Positions 19,839 to 28,432 of a stretch of 64,000 nucleotides of DNA are shown here, in pieces. The DNA is from a virus. Taxonomy: Duplodnaviria > Heunggongvirae > Uroviricota > Caudoviricetes. Every line of letters starts with the position of its first letter. Position 1 is the stretch's first letter. Below the pieces are notes generated by a model. The model was not told the origin of the DNA, searched no databases, and was given only the letters and a program-made list of their open reading frames with translations. The DNA lies in IMG/VR virus record IMGVR_UViG_3300029873_000387. One strand, written 5' to 3'. The translations under genes and the position numbers were made by a program.

Positions 19839-20067
19839 CGTTTAACACCTCGATTCTATCTGCTGCTTGGAGCAGCACATTTTTAGGAATGCGGCAGTCA
19901 TCACCCATCTGCCCATTAGGTTGGGTGCTGCCGTACAGCCGAAGCTTTTCTACGAGACCCTTGTCAGGAAACTCATAGCGTTTCAGATACTCCGGTTTGC
20001 TGGCTGGGCATTCATAGCATGAACGGTTTTCATATACACCACAGCCGCCGCTTTTATAACACTTCAT
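19816..20067 (-). CDS. Small Cys-rich protein
   Basis: Start at MKCYKSGGCG with a strong GGAGG RBS. Five Cys. Confidence 0.4.
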   Translation of the reverse strand: MKCYKSGGCGVYENRSCYECPASKPEYLKRYEFPDKGLVEKLRLYGSTQPNGQMGDDCRIPKNVLLQAADRIEVLNGVRAASS

Positions 20068-20077
20068 AAAGTCCTCC

Positions 20078-20380
20078 TTAGAACGGCAGCTGAACACCGG
20101 GGTCTGCATCAAAAATCAGTTTCCTGACGGCGGCGGCAAACTCTTCCTCGTCGATTGCCTGAATATCATCGTAACGCAGGCGTTCAATCAGTTCATGAAC
20201 CGCTTTTGTAATGGCGGTCTCGACAATGATTTCCAAACGGTCAATGCGTTCATTGGCGCTTCCCACCATTCCCTGCATGATATTGTGGTATGCTGCAAGC
20301 TCTCGTTTGGATTCCCTGTTTTTCTCCATCAGTTCGTGAAGCATGATTTCCTGCTGCTGGACTTTCTCTTCCATTGTCAT
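20078..20380 (-). CDS. Hypothetical coiled-coil protein
   Basis: 100-aa ORF, 4-nt overlap with the Thg1-like gene. Confidence 0.45.
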   Translation of the reverse strand: MTMEEKVQQQEIMLHELMEKNRESKRELAAYHNIMQGMVGSANERIDRLEIIVETAITKAVHELIERLRYDDIQAIDEEEFAAAVRKLIFDADPGVQLPF

Positions 20381-21171
20381 AGCCGTCGCTCCACATACTC
20401 TCTGTCTTGTGTAAAGACAGGCGGTTCACGGTCAACGACCCAACGGCTTCTGGAAACCTCCACAGTCGCATCCCCGTTTAATACAGAAACGGCCTCTGTT
20501 ATCCTTGTTTTGATGCAACAGGAGCCACGCTTACAATCCGTGGGGAAATCATTCCAGTTGATATTGCGTTCTTTCCAAAGCATATCTTGGATTTTGTTGC
20601 AGTTCTTCCCGTGCAGCTCTCGCTGACTGAAATTCGCTTGTCCAACAGCTTCTATGCTGTTCCGTGTGGCATCCTGCTGACGCCAAATCAGACAGTTGCA
20701 GACCTCGCCCAGAGGAACGGTGAAAGCTCTGGCATCGAACATGGCAGTTTGGAACTTGCGGCGATAAACGGAAAGGTCGATGCCGCTGTCTTCTTTTTCC
20801 GTCTGCTCGGCAAACGCCTTATTGAACGCCAGCGTCGCCATTGATGCGGCAATGCTGCACATCTTCTGGACATTATAGCCGAACCATGCATCTGTACGAA
20901 TAGAGGCGTAATCGGTCAAAACCAATGTGATTTCATCAGACTGCGTGTATCCGAAGACGCAGCCCTGAATGTTGGCACACAGGAAACGCATGGTTTCCTG
21001 CATGGCAGACATAAGAACACGGTCGAAAGGCTTTCTCATTCCCTTTGTAAAGGTGTGAAAAGCCTTGCCGTCAATACGGATGATGACAGGAACACGACGG
21101 GTCAGGTAATTGCGTGAAACATACTCATACCGTTTCATCCTGTCGCCCAGCGAATCGCGTTGATTTCCCAT
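20377..21171 (-). CDS. tRNA-His guanylyltransferase (Thg1)-like protein
   Basis: MKRYEYVSRNYLTRRVPVIIRIDGKAFHTFTKGMRKPFD...GYTQSDEITLVL matches the Thg1 signature (KFEYV...VVRIDGRNFHKF...KPND...SDEYSFV). Confidence 0.8.
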   Translation of the reverse strand: MGNQRDSLGDRMKRYEYVSRNYLTRRVPVIIRIDGKAFHTFTKGMRKPFDRVLMSAMQETMRFLCANIQGCVFGYTQSDEITLVLTDYASIRTDAWFGYNVQKMCSIAASMATLAFNKAFAEQTEKEDSGIDLSVYRRKFQTAMFDARAFTVPLGEVCNCLIWRQQDATRNSIEAVGQANFSQRELHGKNCNKIQDMLWKERNINWNDFPTDCKRGSCCIKTRITEAVSVLNGDATVEVSRSRWVVDREPPVFTQDREYVERRL

Positions 21172-21207
21172 AAGCGTACCCTCCTGTAAATGTAGTTTGA
21201 AAATTGC

Positions 21208-21265
21208 TTGACATCACGACCATTTGGTCGTATGATATAAGAAAAGCACGACCAATCGGTCGTGC
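21208..21265 (+). promoter_or_regulatory. Consensus sigma-70 promoter with two palindromic operators upstream of the HTH regulator gene
   Basis: TTGACA, a 17-bp spacer, then TATGAT (21208-21236). The spacer is the palindrome ACGACCAtTTGGTCGT. A second perfect palindrome GCACGACCaatcGGTCGTGC lies at 21246-21265. Confidence 0.55.
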
Positions 21266-21276
21266 TGAAAGGAGAT

Positions 21277-21591
21277 ATGATTATGATAGATTTTGATATG
21301 AACTTTCAAGACACCTATAAAACTCCCAGTGAAGACCTGTTGAGCAATGGTGAGCAGTGGTTCTTCCTTGAAACCGAAAAGGATATTTTGAAGAATCGGC
21401 GGGAGGAACTCGGGATGACCCAGCAGCAGGTGGCAGATGCTGCACACATTCAAGTTCGCCAATATCAGAGACTGGAAAACGGAGAGCGCAACATAAGCGG
21501 TGCCAGTATGAGGATTGGATTATCTGTGTGTGCCGTTTTGAAGCTTGACCCCTACCGCTTTATGCCAGAGTTCCGTTGGAACAAAGACTAA
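21277..21591 (+). CDS. XRE-family HTH transcriptional regulator
   Basis: LGMTQQQVADAAHIQVRQYQRLENGER. AAGGAG RBS before ATG 21277. The ORF track begins at 21262. Confidence 0.75.
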   Translation: MIMIDFDMNFQDTYKTPSEDLLSNGEQWFFLETEKDILKNRREELGMTQQQVADAAHIQVRQYQRLENGERNISGASMRIGLSVCAVLKLDPYRFMPEFRWNKD

Positions 21592-22090
21592 GCGTTTCCA
21601 AAAGTGCTTTCTGAGGAGCGAACTCCCGATAAAGTTCAATCTCTTTTGTGAGCCGTGCCATAACGGCATCTTCTTTTGCATCGTACCTGCCGAGGTAAAT
21701 CTTCTTACTGTTATAGGTAATACTGGCGACCCATTTTTCTCTTTGCTTATCAAAGAAAACGCCGGAAACGCCAGATGTGTTGGTGATATAGAGGCTGCGG
21801 TTCCTGTCGTTCTCTGACCGCTGGCAACAGCGCAGATTCTCTTTTCGATTATCGGCCTTGTTTTTGTTGATGTGGTCAACAAACTGGCCTGGCTTTGCGT
21901 GCATAACCAGCCGGTGAAAGCGGACAAACCGCCGTACACCGCAGTAAAAGTAGCTGCTGACAAGATAACCGTCTTTGTCGCAGTACCAACTGTCTCGGCC
22001 TTTGATAATTGGGAGGTCATCCAGGTCAAAGAGGAACTCGGCAACGCCTATATGCAGAATTCCGTATGTATTGAGAAGCTCGACTGTCAT
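21560..22090 (-). CDS. HNH homing endonuclease with AP2 DNA-binding domain
   Basis: HNH: FVRFHRLVMHAKPGQFVDHINKNKADNRKENLR. AP2: SGVSGVFFDKQREKWVASITYNSKKIYLGRYDAKEDAV. Confidence 0.75.
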   Translation of the reverse strand: MTVELLNTYGILHIGVAEFLFDLDDLPIIKGRDSWYCDKDGYLVSSYFYCGVRRFVRFHRLVMHAKPGQFVDHINKNKADNRKENLRCCQRSENDRNRSLYITNTSGVSGVFFDKQREKWVASITYNSKKIYLGRYDAKEDAVMARLTKEIELYREFAPQKALLETLSLCSNGTLA

Positions 22091-22422
22091 GAATACATAA
22101 GGTCATGAACGGCCACACCAAAGGTTTCCTCGAACCAATGCCAGATATCCTCACGGTGTGTGCCTTTTGGGAACCCGCACCAGGCAACTTCGATACATTC
22201 GGTTTCTGGATTCATCGGCACATCGCCGAACTCCTCCCACAGTTCCGTGTATGTTTTGCCCTGAAAGGTTCTCATGATGGTAACGCCGTCCATACTCTCA
22301 ACAGCGAAGTCAAAGAAGTTATCGAAGTCTTCCAGCTCCCCGTTGAGATGCCATCCTGCGATTTTCAGTCCCGTTCCGTACAGGTCGTGCCAATACTCAA
22401 AGAATTTTTTGTAATCAGGCAT
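22087..22422 (-). CDS. Hypothetical protein
   Basis: 111-aa ORF, 4-nt overlap with the HNH gene. Confidence 0.45.
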   Translation of the reverse strand: MPDYKKFFEYWHDLYGTGLKIAGWHLNGELEDFDNFFDFAVESMDGVTIMRTFQGKTYTELWEEFGDVPMNPETECIEVAWCGFPKGTHREDIWHWFEETFGVAVHDLMYS

Positions 22423-22676
22423 TTGAAATTACCTCCGTTTCTATACCGCTTTCCGTATCGGTCGTTTTTCTAAAGTCCCAAACCGATATGCATCAACATT
22501 GTTCGCCAATCCGACACTTGCGAGCATTGCTTGCAATGCGAGCAAGAAAAAGTTGACTGCCCGCGAAGCGGGCTTGTCGGATTGCGAACATAAGTGGCGA
22601 ACTCTTACTTTTGCCTTTGGCGAAAAGCTGCTGAAAGTGAATATGTATAACAGCAAATCTACAAAGCGGTTGGTCG

Positions 22677-22892
22677 TTATGCTTTATCTGCGGGGAATAG
22701 TTTGCCATCATGTAGGCAGTCCCTGGCTTTCTGGCTCATTTCGACGAGGCTGTCCACCAGCTTCTTCAATCCGTCTACGGTACTTTCACCATCGTAGTCG
22801 CAGCCGATAGCCCAGATATCAAAAAGCCATTCATCGGCGCAGTCAGGTTCGCACATCTTACAGCCAGTTGTTTCGTCTGTCCAAGTTCTCAC
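22677..22892 (-). CDS. Small hypothetical protein
   Basis: 71-aa ORF, 4-nt overlap with the upstream gene. Confidence 0.35.
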   Translation of the reverse strand: MRTWTDETTGCKMCEPDCADEWLFDIWAIGCDYDGESTVDGLKKLVDSLVEMSQKARDCLHDGKLFPADKA

Positions 22893-23287
22893 AGCTGTTC
22901 CTCCAACTCAAATCCCTTGTGGCAAAATCCAGTTACATCGGAGATATAGTCAGAGATGGCTTCCTCATCTTCGATGTCATTGGGAATCGTGATTTCGTTT
23001 GGCAACTCAACGCCGTCGTCATCCTCCGGGTCAATATCCCACTGAATGTTGACCGCCTTTCTCTGCGGGCATTCCACTTCGCGCCACTCTCCCTCGCACG
23101 CCCAGATTTCCGAACCGAAACCACGGTCAAACTCCCATTCGTTAAATAGCTCTGAGATGGGGGTGGAGATGCGGTCGCTGTCTTCGGGGTCATCATACTG
23201 AAACTCTGTCAACCCACGCATCAAGTCCTGTAAGGAATAACCGTGGTCAATCATCCATTGAAGTTGGTACTTCTGGTAATCGGTCAT
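22889..23287 (-). CDS. Hypothetical acidic protein
   Basis: 132-aa ORF, Asp/Glu-rich. Confidence 0.45.
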   Translation of the reverse strand: MTDYQKYQLQWMIDHGYSLQDLMRGLTEFQYDDPEDSDRISTPISELFNEWEFDRGFGSEIWACEGEWREVECPQRKAVNIQWDIDPEDDDGVELPNEITIPNDIEDEEAISDYISDVTGFCHKGFELEEQL

Positions 23288-23297
23288 ATCGAAAATC

Positions 23298-23738
23298 TCA
23301 CACTCCTCTTAGCGCGTCGAGAACTGCCTGCGGAACAACCCGCTTAATTTCCTCGTGAATTGCATTCATCACGACTGCGCCCTTTAAGTACTTCTCAACT
23401 TCGGTCTGGGCAAACTGCTTCGTTTTATCTTTACACTCAGCCACCGCCGCCTGTACGGTTCCCTGAATCAAATCCAGCATCTCCTTGTGCGACATCTGCT
23501 CTTTGATGTAAGACTGGACTTCTGCCTTCACCAGTTTGTCGGTCATCGGCTCAGTGTATCTGCTCTCGTAAAGACGCCTTGCCCACACTTTGGCGGTATC
23601 AGCAACGCATTCCTCGACTTCGTTCTGAAATGCTTCTCGTGCGATTGTCTTTGCGTAAGCACGCATAGCTTTGATAACCTCCTGTTCAAAGAGGTCTCCG
23701 TTTGTAAATTCCAAATCGATTGTTGCTCTGTGCTTCAT
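23298..23738 (-). CDS. Hypothetical protein
   Basis: 146-aa ORF. Confidence 0.45.
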   Translation of the reverse strand: MKHRATIDLEFTNGDLFEQEVIKAMRAYAKTIAREAFQNEVEECVADTAKVWARRLYESRYTEPMTDKLVKAEVQSYIKEQMSHKEMLDLIQGTVQAAVAECKDKTKQFAQTEVEKYLKGAVVMNAIHEEIKRVVPQAVLDALRGV

Positions 23739-23759
23739 GAAACCCGCTCCTTTCTTACA

Positions 23760-24071
23760 TCAGCTTAATCCATCAACAAAATCCCATTCGGCATTGTATC
23801 GGAACTCAGTACTCAGAATTCCGTCCAACAGTTCGTCGGTGTACTCCTCATCATCCCGGTCTGTCGGGATGGGAATAATCATCTCAAACTCCGGAGCAAA
23901 GAAGGATGGCTTTACCCGAATTGTTCTTTTCTCCATGTCAGGAACCTCCTTATCGCATATCGGGCAGTACCCGGCAATTCCATTGGAAGGGATGTTTATA
24001 TGGTGCCCACATCTTGGGCAATGGACGATGCCGCTCATACACATCGACCTTTCATAAATCGTTTCCCGCAC
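23760..24071 (-). CDS. Zinc-ribbon protein
   Basis: CPRCGHH...CPICDK. Confidence 0.45.
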   Translation of the reverse strand: MRETIYERSMCMSGIVHCPRCGHHINIPSNGIAGYCPICDKEVPDMEKRTIRVKPSFFAPEFEMIIPIPTDRDDEEYTDELLDGILSTEFRYNAEWDFVDGLS

Positions 24072-24247
24072 AGTGGGCAGTTGCGTATCTCAATGATATC
24101 TTGAGTCGTGAAACTGCCATCGTCGTCAAGCACTCTCACCCTCAACATTCCCTGCCTGTTTACAGCCATCTCAATGCCGCTGTATTCAACGGCTTGGTTC
24201 ATTGGAACAAAATCATTTGTCCCAGACTCACAGTATGGACATCTCAT
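24035..24247 (-). CDS. Zinc-ribbon protein
   Basis: CPYCESG...CPLCGKRF. Confidence 0.4.
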   Translation of the reverse strand: MRCPYCESGTNDFVPMNQAVEYSGIEMAVNRQGMLRVRVLDDDGSFTTQDIIEIRNCPLCGKRFMKGRCV

Positions 24248-24251
24248 AGAA

Positions 24252-25031
24252 TTAACCTTTCATATCTTTCCAGTAGCAGTAGAGACACCCGTGGGGGCAT
24301 CTCGTCTTATGTTTCAGCAGTTCAGTTTTCCCTGCATAACACATACAGCCCTTTCGTTGATAGCCAGCCCCGCTTGATTCTGCATCCTCAGAAAATCCGA
24401 GCAGATTGAGGTCGTAGTCTGAAATGCAGCCACAGGCAATCGGCTCCGTAAGACCGGGTTCTGCACAGGACTCAATTCGGAGAACTTTGCCGTTATCCAG
24501 CCCTTCCCAGAACTGCTTTGCTTGCCGCAGCATATCGTCCACTTTTGAAAGCTGTGCTTGAGACGGAGCGAAACCGCTATCGCCATAGGGAAGCGGCAAT
24601 CCAGCCTTTTTGAACCGGCTTCTTGCGTGTGGATACATATCAATAACGCTCACTCTGTATCGCTGAAATCCCATTTCCATAAAGGAAATCATTGTACGGT
24701 ATGCAACTGAAAGTCCTTTCTCTGTGGGGATGATGGGGTCGATGCGAATGACGATTTTCTCCATCGGGAACCCAGCTTTAACCAACTCCATAATTGCGGC
24801 AAACTCCTCGTATGGAGTTGGTACATTAGGTTCCAAAGCAGAGTGCCCGTATCCAGTGATTGTTGCATGGACAATGAGTCTGTCTTTGTGTTCAAGAGCG
24901 GCATCGAAGAAATCCGGCGACACACACTTCGTAATTAGAACAGCAGCATCAACTCTGTCTAATTTCTCGACCCAAGACAAATCAACGCCTGCGTCTCCCG
25001 CTTCTGTAATTCCAATCTTGTATAATGCCAT
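24252..25031 (-). CDS. Cys-rich protein with a C-terminal CX3CX2C cluster (possible Fe-S or radical-SAM-like enzyme)
   Basis: 259 aa ending ...GCMCYAGKTELLKHKTRCPHGCLYCYW. No confident family assignment. Confidence 0.45.
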   Translation of the reverse strand: MALYKIGITEAGDAGVDLSWVEKLDRVDAAVLITKCVSPDFFDAALEHKDRLIVHATITGYGHSALEPNVPTPYEEFAAIMELVKAGFPMEKIVIRIDPIIPTEKGLSVAYRTMISFMEMGFQRYRVSVIDMYPHARSRFKKAGLPLPYGDSGFAPSQAQLSKVDDMLRQAKQFWEGLDNGKVLRIESCAEPGLTEPIACGCISDYDLNLLGFSEDAESSGAGYQRKGCMCYAGKTELLKHKTRCPHGCLYCYWKDMKG

Positions 25032-25077
25032 ATCAAATCAGCCTTTCATCCAATAGTTAAGTTTCAGTTTCTTCATG

Positions 25078-25341
25078 TCAGCCGTTTACCTCGTTTACCA
25101 GCGATTCCAGCATATCTTTTAGCTCAGTGTCGTCTGGCATAATGACATCGTAGTTGAACGGGAAAAGGCGCTTAACGCCAAGAACCTGTTCCTTATTGGA
25201 ATAGACAACCTCGGTCACCGAAACCATACACATTTCCATGTACTTCTTTGTAAGCTCGTCTTTTGTATCGCCAACTACTTTGAACCAATAGTCTTCATAC
25301 TCATCATCCATATGGTCAAAGACGAAATCTTCTCTTTTCAT
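25078..25341 (-). CDS. Small hypothetical acidic protein
   Basis: 87-aa ORF. Confidence 0.4.
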   Translation of the reverse strand: MKREDFVFDHMDDEYEDYWFKVVGDTKDELTKKYMEMCMVSVTEVVYSNKEQVLGVKRLFPFNYDVIMPDDTELKDMLESLVNEVNG

Positions 25342-25361
25342 AAAATTTTCCCTCCATACTG

Positions 25362-25685
25362 TTACCCGATTCCTACCGCACTAAGCTCCATTGAAACAAC
25401 ATTATCATCGTTCCCAAATTCGACATTTTCACTTGTCCCGCCAAATAACAATAGTCCGTCCACCTCTATAAAGCCATGCGGATTCCATTTAATTGATTGT
25501 GCAACACCCACGACTTTTTCTGTCCCTTGTTCATCATACTGAATAATTGGTAAGTTTGAAGCAGTTTCACAGGCTTCACGAATGGCAGGGATTGAATAGG
25601 AAACATGGTTATCATCGCAAAAACAGTTGTTTTTGTCCGCATATACAGGGATTTCAACATGAATCCGAATATTTCCACACCTCAT
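25362..25685 (-). CDS. Hypothetical protein
   Basis: The C-terminal 107 aa (from MRCGNIR) look protein-like. The longer ORF-track version overlaps the upstream gene, so a downstream start was chosen. Confidence 0.35.
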   Translation of the reverse strand: MRCGNIRIHVEIPVYADKNNCFCDDNHVSYSIPAIREACETASNLPIIQYDEQGTEKVVGVAQSIKWNPHGFIEVDGLLLFGGTSENVEFGNDDNVVSMELSAVGIG

Positions 25686-25698
25686 ATAATCACCACCC

Positions 25699-26034
25699 TT
25701 ACCACCGTTTTTTGTCTTGATATCGGTTTGGCGGAGGCAAAGAAAGCTGTTCCTCGTCGTCACGAAGTTCAACCGAGAATATGTTTGTATAATCCACATC
25801 ATCCTTGTTTGCATAGACGAGAACTTCAAATTTACCAGGGTTCCAATTAACAATGAGATTATCGTCAATGGAGTATGCGTTCCTAATAACAACTAAGTCC
25901 TGGTGCCAAATTCCGTCCGGAGTCTCGATGCCAACATAGATTTCATTCTGATATTCCGGGTCAATATTCCGCTCTGCAACCAACTTCAATCCTTTAGGCA
26001 ACTCAATGGTAATACGATTATCGCCACTCTTCAT
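25699..26034 (-). CDS. Hypothetical protein
   Basis: 111-aa ORF. Confidence 0.45.
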   Translation of the reverse strand: MKSGDNRITIELPKGLKLVAERNIDPEYQNEIYVGIETPDGIWHQDLVVIRNAYSIDDNLIVNWNPGKFEVLVYANKDDVDYTNIFSVELRDDEEQLSLPPPNRYQDKKRW

Positions 26035-26204
26035 CAGAATCCCTCCGTAATCATCTCCAACATTTTGTCAGGGGAGATATCAAGAAGCTCGGCACCGACA
26101 GTCAAGAGCAAGTCGGTGGTTGCCTCATCGCCCTTGTTGCAGAGATAAAAAGATTGAATTACATTGGCGACATCCTCTGGGAAAAGCATTGTGTTCATAG
26201 CGAC

Positions 26205-26432
26205 CTACACTTTCTTACAGCAACTTTCGCATAACTCCAGCGTCTGTCTGCCAATCGTTGCTTCGTAGCGAACGCTATCTGCATACAATGGGGCGCCGCA
26301 ATTATCACACCTACCAACAAAAGTAGGACGGAAAAAGAGATAATCACGGACACGACACTCTCTTCTTCTTTGCTCAGAGCAGGAGTCATGGTTTTGACAC
26401 ATAGTACATTTACGCATTTGGGAGCACCTCAA
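26205..26432 (-). CDS. Zinc-ribbon protein
   Basis: CTMCQNHDSC...CDNCGAP...CESCC. Confidence 0.4.
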   Translation of the reverse strand: MRCSQMRKCTMCQNHDSCSEQRRRECRVRDYLFFRPTFVGRCDNCGAPLYADSVRYEATIGRQTLELCESCCKKV

Positions 26433-26662
26433 AACAAAGCGTGAATAATTGCACGCAGCGTTCGCTTCCAGCGGCCATTACGGTATTCATACCCGTTGAC
26501 ATACAGTCTATTGCCTACCTGCGACAGGCTCACGCTTGATTTCGCACCTGGAATCGGAGGCAGGGGAGACCCGTTTACAAAAACCTTGTTCCCGATGATG
26601 TTTACATTCATAAAGGCACCCTCCTGATTAACCGCAACCGTAGTCATAGATGTCATCATCAA
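26429..26662 (-). CDS. Small hypothetical protein
   Basis: 77-aa ORF, operon-coupled. Confidence 0.35.
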   Translation of the reverse strand: MMMTSMTTVAVNQEGAFMNVNIIGNKVFVNGSPLPPIPGAKSSVSLSQVGNRLYVNGYEYRNGRWKRTLRAIIHALF

Positions 26663-27044
26663 TCAGTGTCTCTACCTGCTCCCTTGTCATGTCGCAGAGA
26701 CGGAGGACGGCTTTGATAACGCGCTCATGGACTTCCGCAATGCTTGATGGCTCATTTTCTGTCCGCTCCCACGGGTAAGAAGGCGGATAATAGAAGTAAG
26801 ATTCCCCGTTGCCGTTGTCACCGTATGTCAGGGAATCCGTATCGTCACAAAAAGTAAAGACATCCGCAAGATTCTCAAAAGGTTCGCCATAAAGGTAGTC
26901 ATCAATGTCAAACCCATCCTCCGAGATTTCTTCACTGGGCAGTTGCTCCTTCAAAAGCTGGATACACTTCTGCGGATTCAGAAAAGGGCGCAGCTGATTG
27001 GCACGAATCCCGACGCCCTCACAAATCCAGTAGCTCATACTCAT
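26628..27044 (-). CDS. Hypothetical protein
   Basis: Start at MSMSYWICEGVG with a GGAGG RBS. The ORF track begins at 27140. Confidence 0.45.
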   Translation of the reverse strand: MSMSYWICEGVGIRANQLRPFLNPQKCIQLLKEQLPSEEISEDGFDIDDYLYGEPFENLADVFTFCDDTDSLTYGDNGNGESYFYYPPSYPWERTENEPSSIAEVHERVIKAVLRLCDMTREQVETLIDDDIYDYGCG

Positions 27045-27391
27045 TTTGGATACCTCCACTTCAATTATCTTCATTGTTGCAAAAGTGACTCCGCTCCCGG
27101 CCTCACCACACGCCTTTACGCTGTGCCATATTCCCACCACAGCATGACCTCTTGTGCCACGCGGTAGTCCTTTCAGCCTTTCTATCGGGAAGCAGGGGGA
27201 TTAGTGTTTCCCGTCTCAGTTTACCAAAGTATTATGTGCGGCTATGGCTTGTGCGCAGCTTCCGCAACGCCTTCGGTGGTGCAACGCCACCTAACCGCTA
27301 TTTCTTTTACGCCCGGTCACAATATGTGTACCACTTTGGATTCCGACCGCCACTTACAGCCGTGATATGTTATCTCAATCGGGCAAGGTGG

Positions 27392-27844
27392 TTAATACCA
27401 GAGATGGAAACACCACTTGGAAAACAGGCGCAGTGCCTCGGTTCGGCACCGCTCCAGCTCTACACGAACCGACTCCCATTTTTCCGGGTCGTACTCACCA
27501 TCTTCATAGTAGCGTTTCTGATGCAGCCGTTGATACACATGGTCTTCATCACAGTTCTCAAAGTAGAAAATCATTTCCTTGATGACTGCATTTGTTTCTT
27601 CCTCGTCGAGCTGCTTATCTGCTTCGGCATCATAGAACAGACCAACATTGTTCTTCAGAAACTCTGCAAGAAGAACAGGCATCTTAGCGGTGAAGTTGTA
27701 CCCAAGCTCAAAGACATCGGTGAAATCATAGCCACGCCATGCACGCTGCCATGCATACCGCAGCTGCCACCAAAACTCTCTTAGCTTGTAGCGCAGAGAA
27801 GCGCCCTTTGTCCGCTCAAGGAAACCATTCAAACCGAATTTTGT
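27392..27844 (-). CDS. Hypothetical protein
   Basis: GTG start with a GAAGAGGTG RBS, abutting the upstream gene. Trp/Tyr/Glu-rich. Confidence 0.45.
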   Translation of the reverse strand, partial: TKFGLNGFLERTKGASLRYKLREFWWQLRYAWQRAWRGYDFTDVFELGYNFTAKMPVLLAEFLKNNVGLFYDAEADKQLDEEETNAVIKEMIFYFENCDEDHVYQRLHQKRYYEDGEYDPEKWESVRVELERCRTEALRLFSKWCFHLWY

Positions 27845-28419
27845 CACGACCGCACCTCTTCCATAATTTGCTGGACTACTTCTGCCCATTCAGGGCTTCC
27901 GTTATACCGGACACAAACACCCTCAACGGTTTCGCCGTTATAATATTTGCCGTCCGGACTGAGATAATGCTTGGCGAGATATGCTGCGACTGTGTCGATG
28001 CACTCTTCCGTACTTGAGAATTCCATCTGACCGAAACCCATGATGTTATTGCGTCGGAACTGATAGCGCCCCCATCCACTTTCCAGCGCCGCAACAGCAG
28101 CAAGGAAATCTGCACGAATCCCATGCTTAACCTCAGCATCAATGAATACTTGCTCCAATCCAATCAGGTTATGGCGAAGGTGTAAGTCTTCTGCCACTAA
28201 TCCTGACGGAGAGGTCAGCAAACCGTCATCAACCTCGACGGTCTCCGGCTCGGCCTCAAGGCTCATCTCTGGAAGACTCTCCGTGGACAGCACGGTTGTT
28301 GTAGTCATCGGTTCAACCGGCTGCCGTTCATCTACTTTTACTTGTGCATCAATCGGTGTAGCAAGTGTAATTACTACAACCAAGAGCAACATAAAAATCG
28401 GCGGAATCATCCGCTTCAT
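27844..28419 (-). CDS. Secreted peptidoglycan hydrolase (N-acetylglucosaminidase domain)
   Basis: N-terminal signal peptide MKRMIPPIFMLLLVVVITLATPIDAQ. Glucosaminidase-like LAAVAALESGWG...NNIMGFG. Confidence 0.6.
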   Translation of the reverse strand: MKRMIPPIFMLLLVVVITLATPIDAQVKVDERQPVEPMTTTTVLSTESLPEMSLEAEPETVEVDDGLLTSPSGLVAEDLHLRHNLIGLEQVFIDAEVKHGIRADFLAAVAALESGWGRYQFRRNNIMGFGQMEFSSTEECIDTVAAYLAKHYLSPDGKYYNGETVEGVCVRYNGSPEWAEVVQQIMEEVRS

Positions 28420-28432
28420 TCAATCCCTCCTG

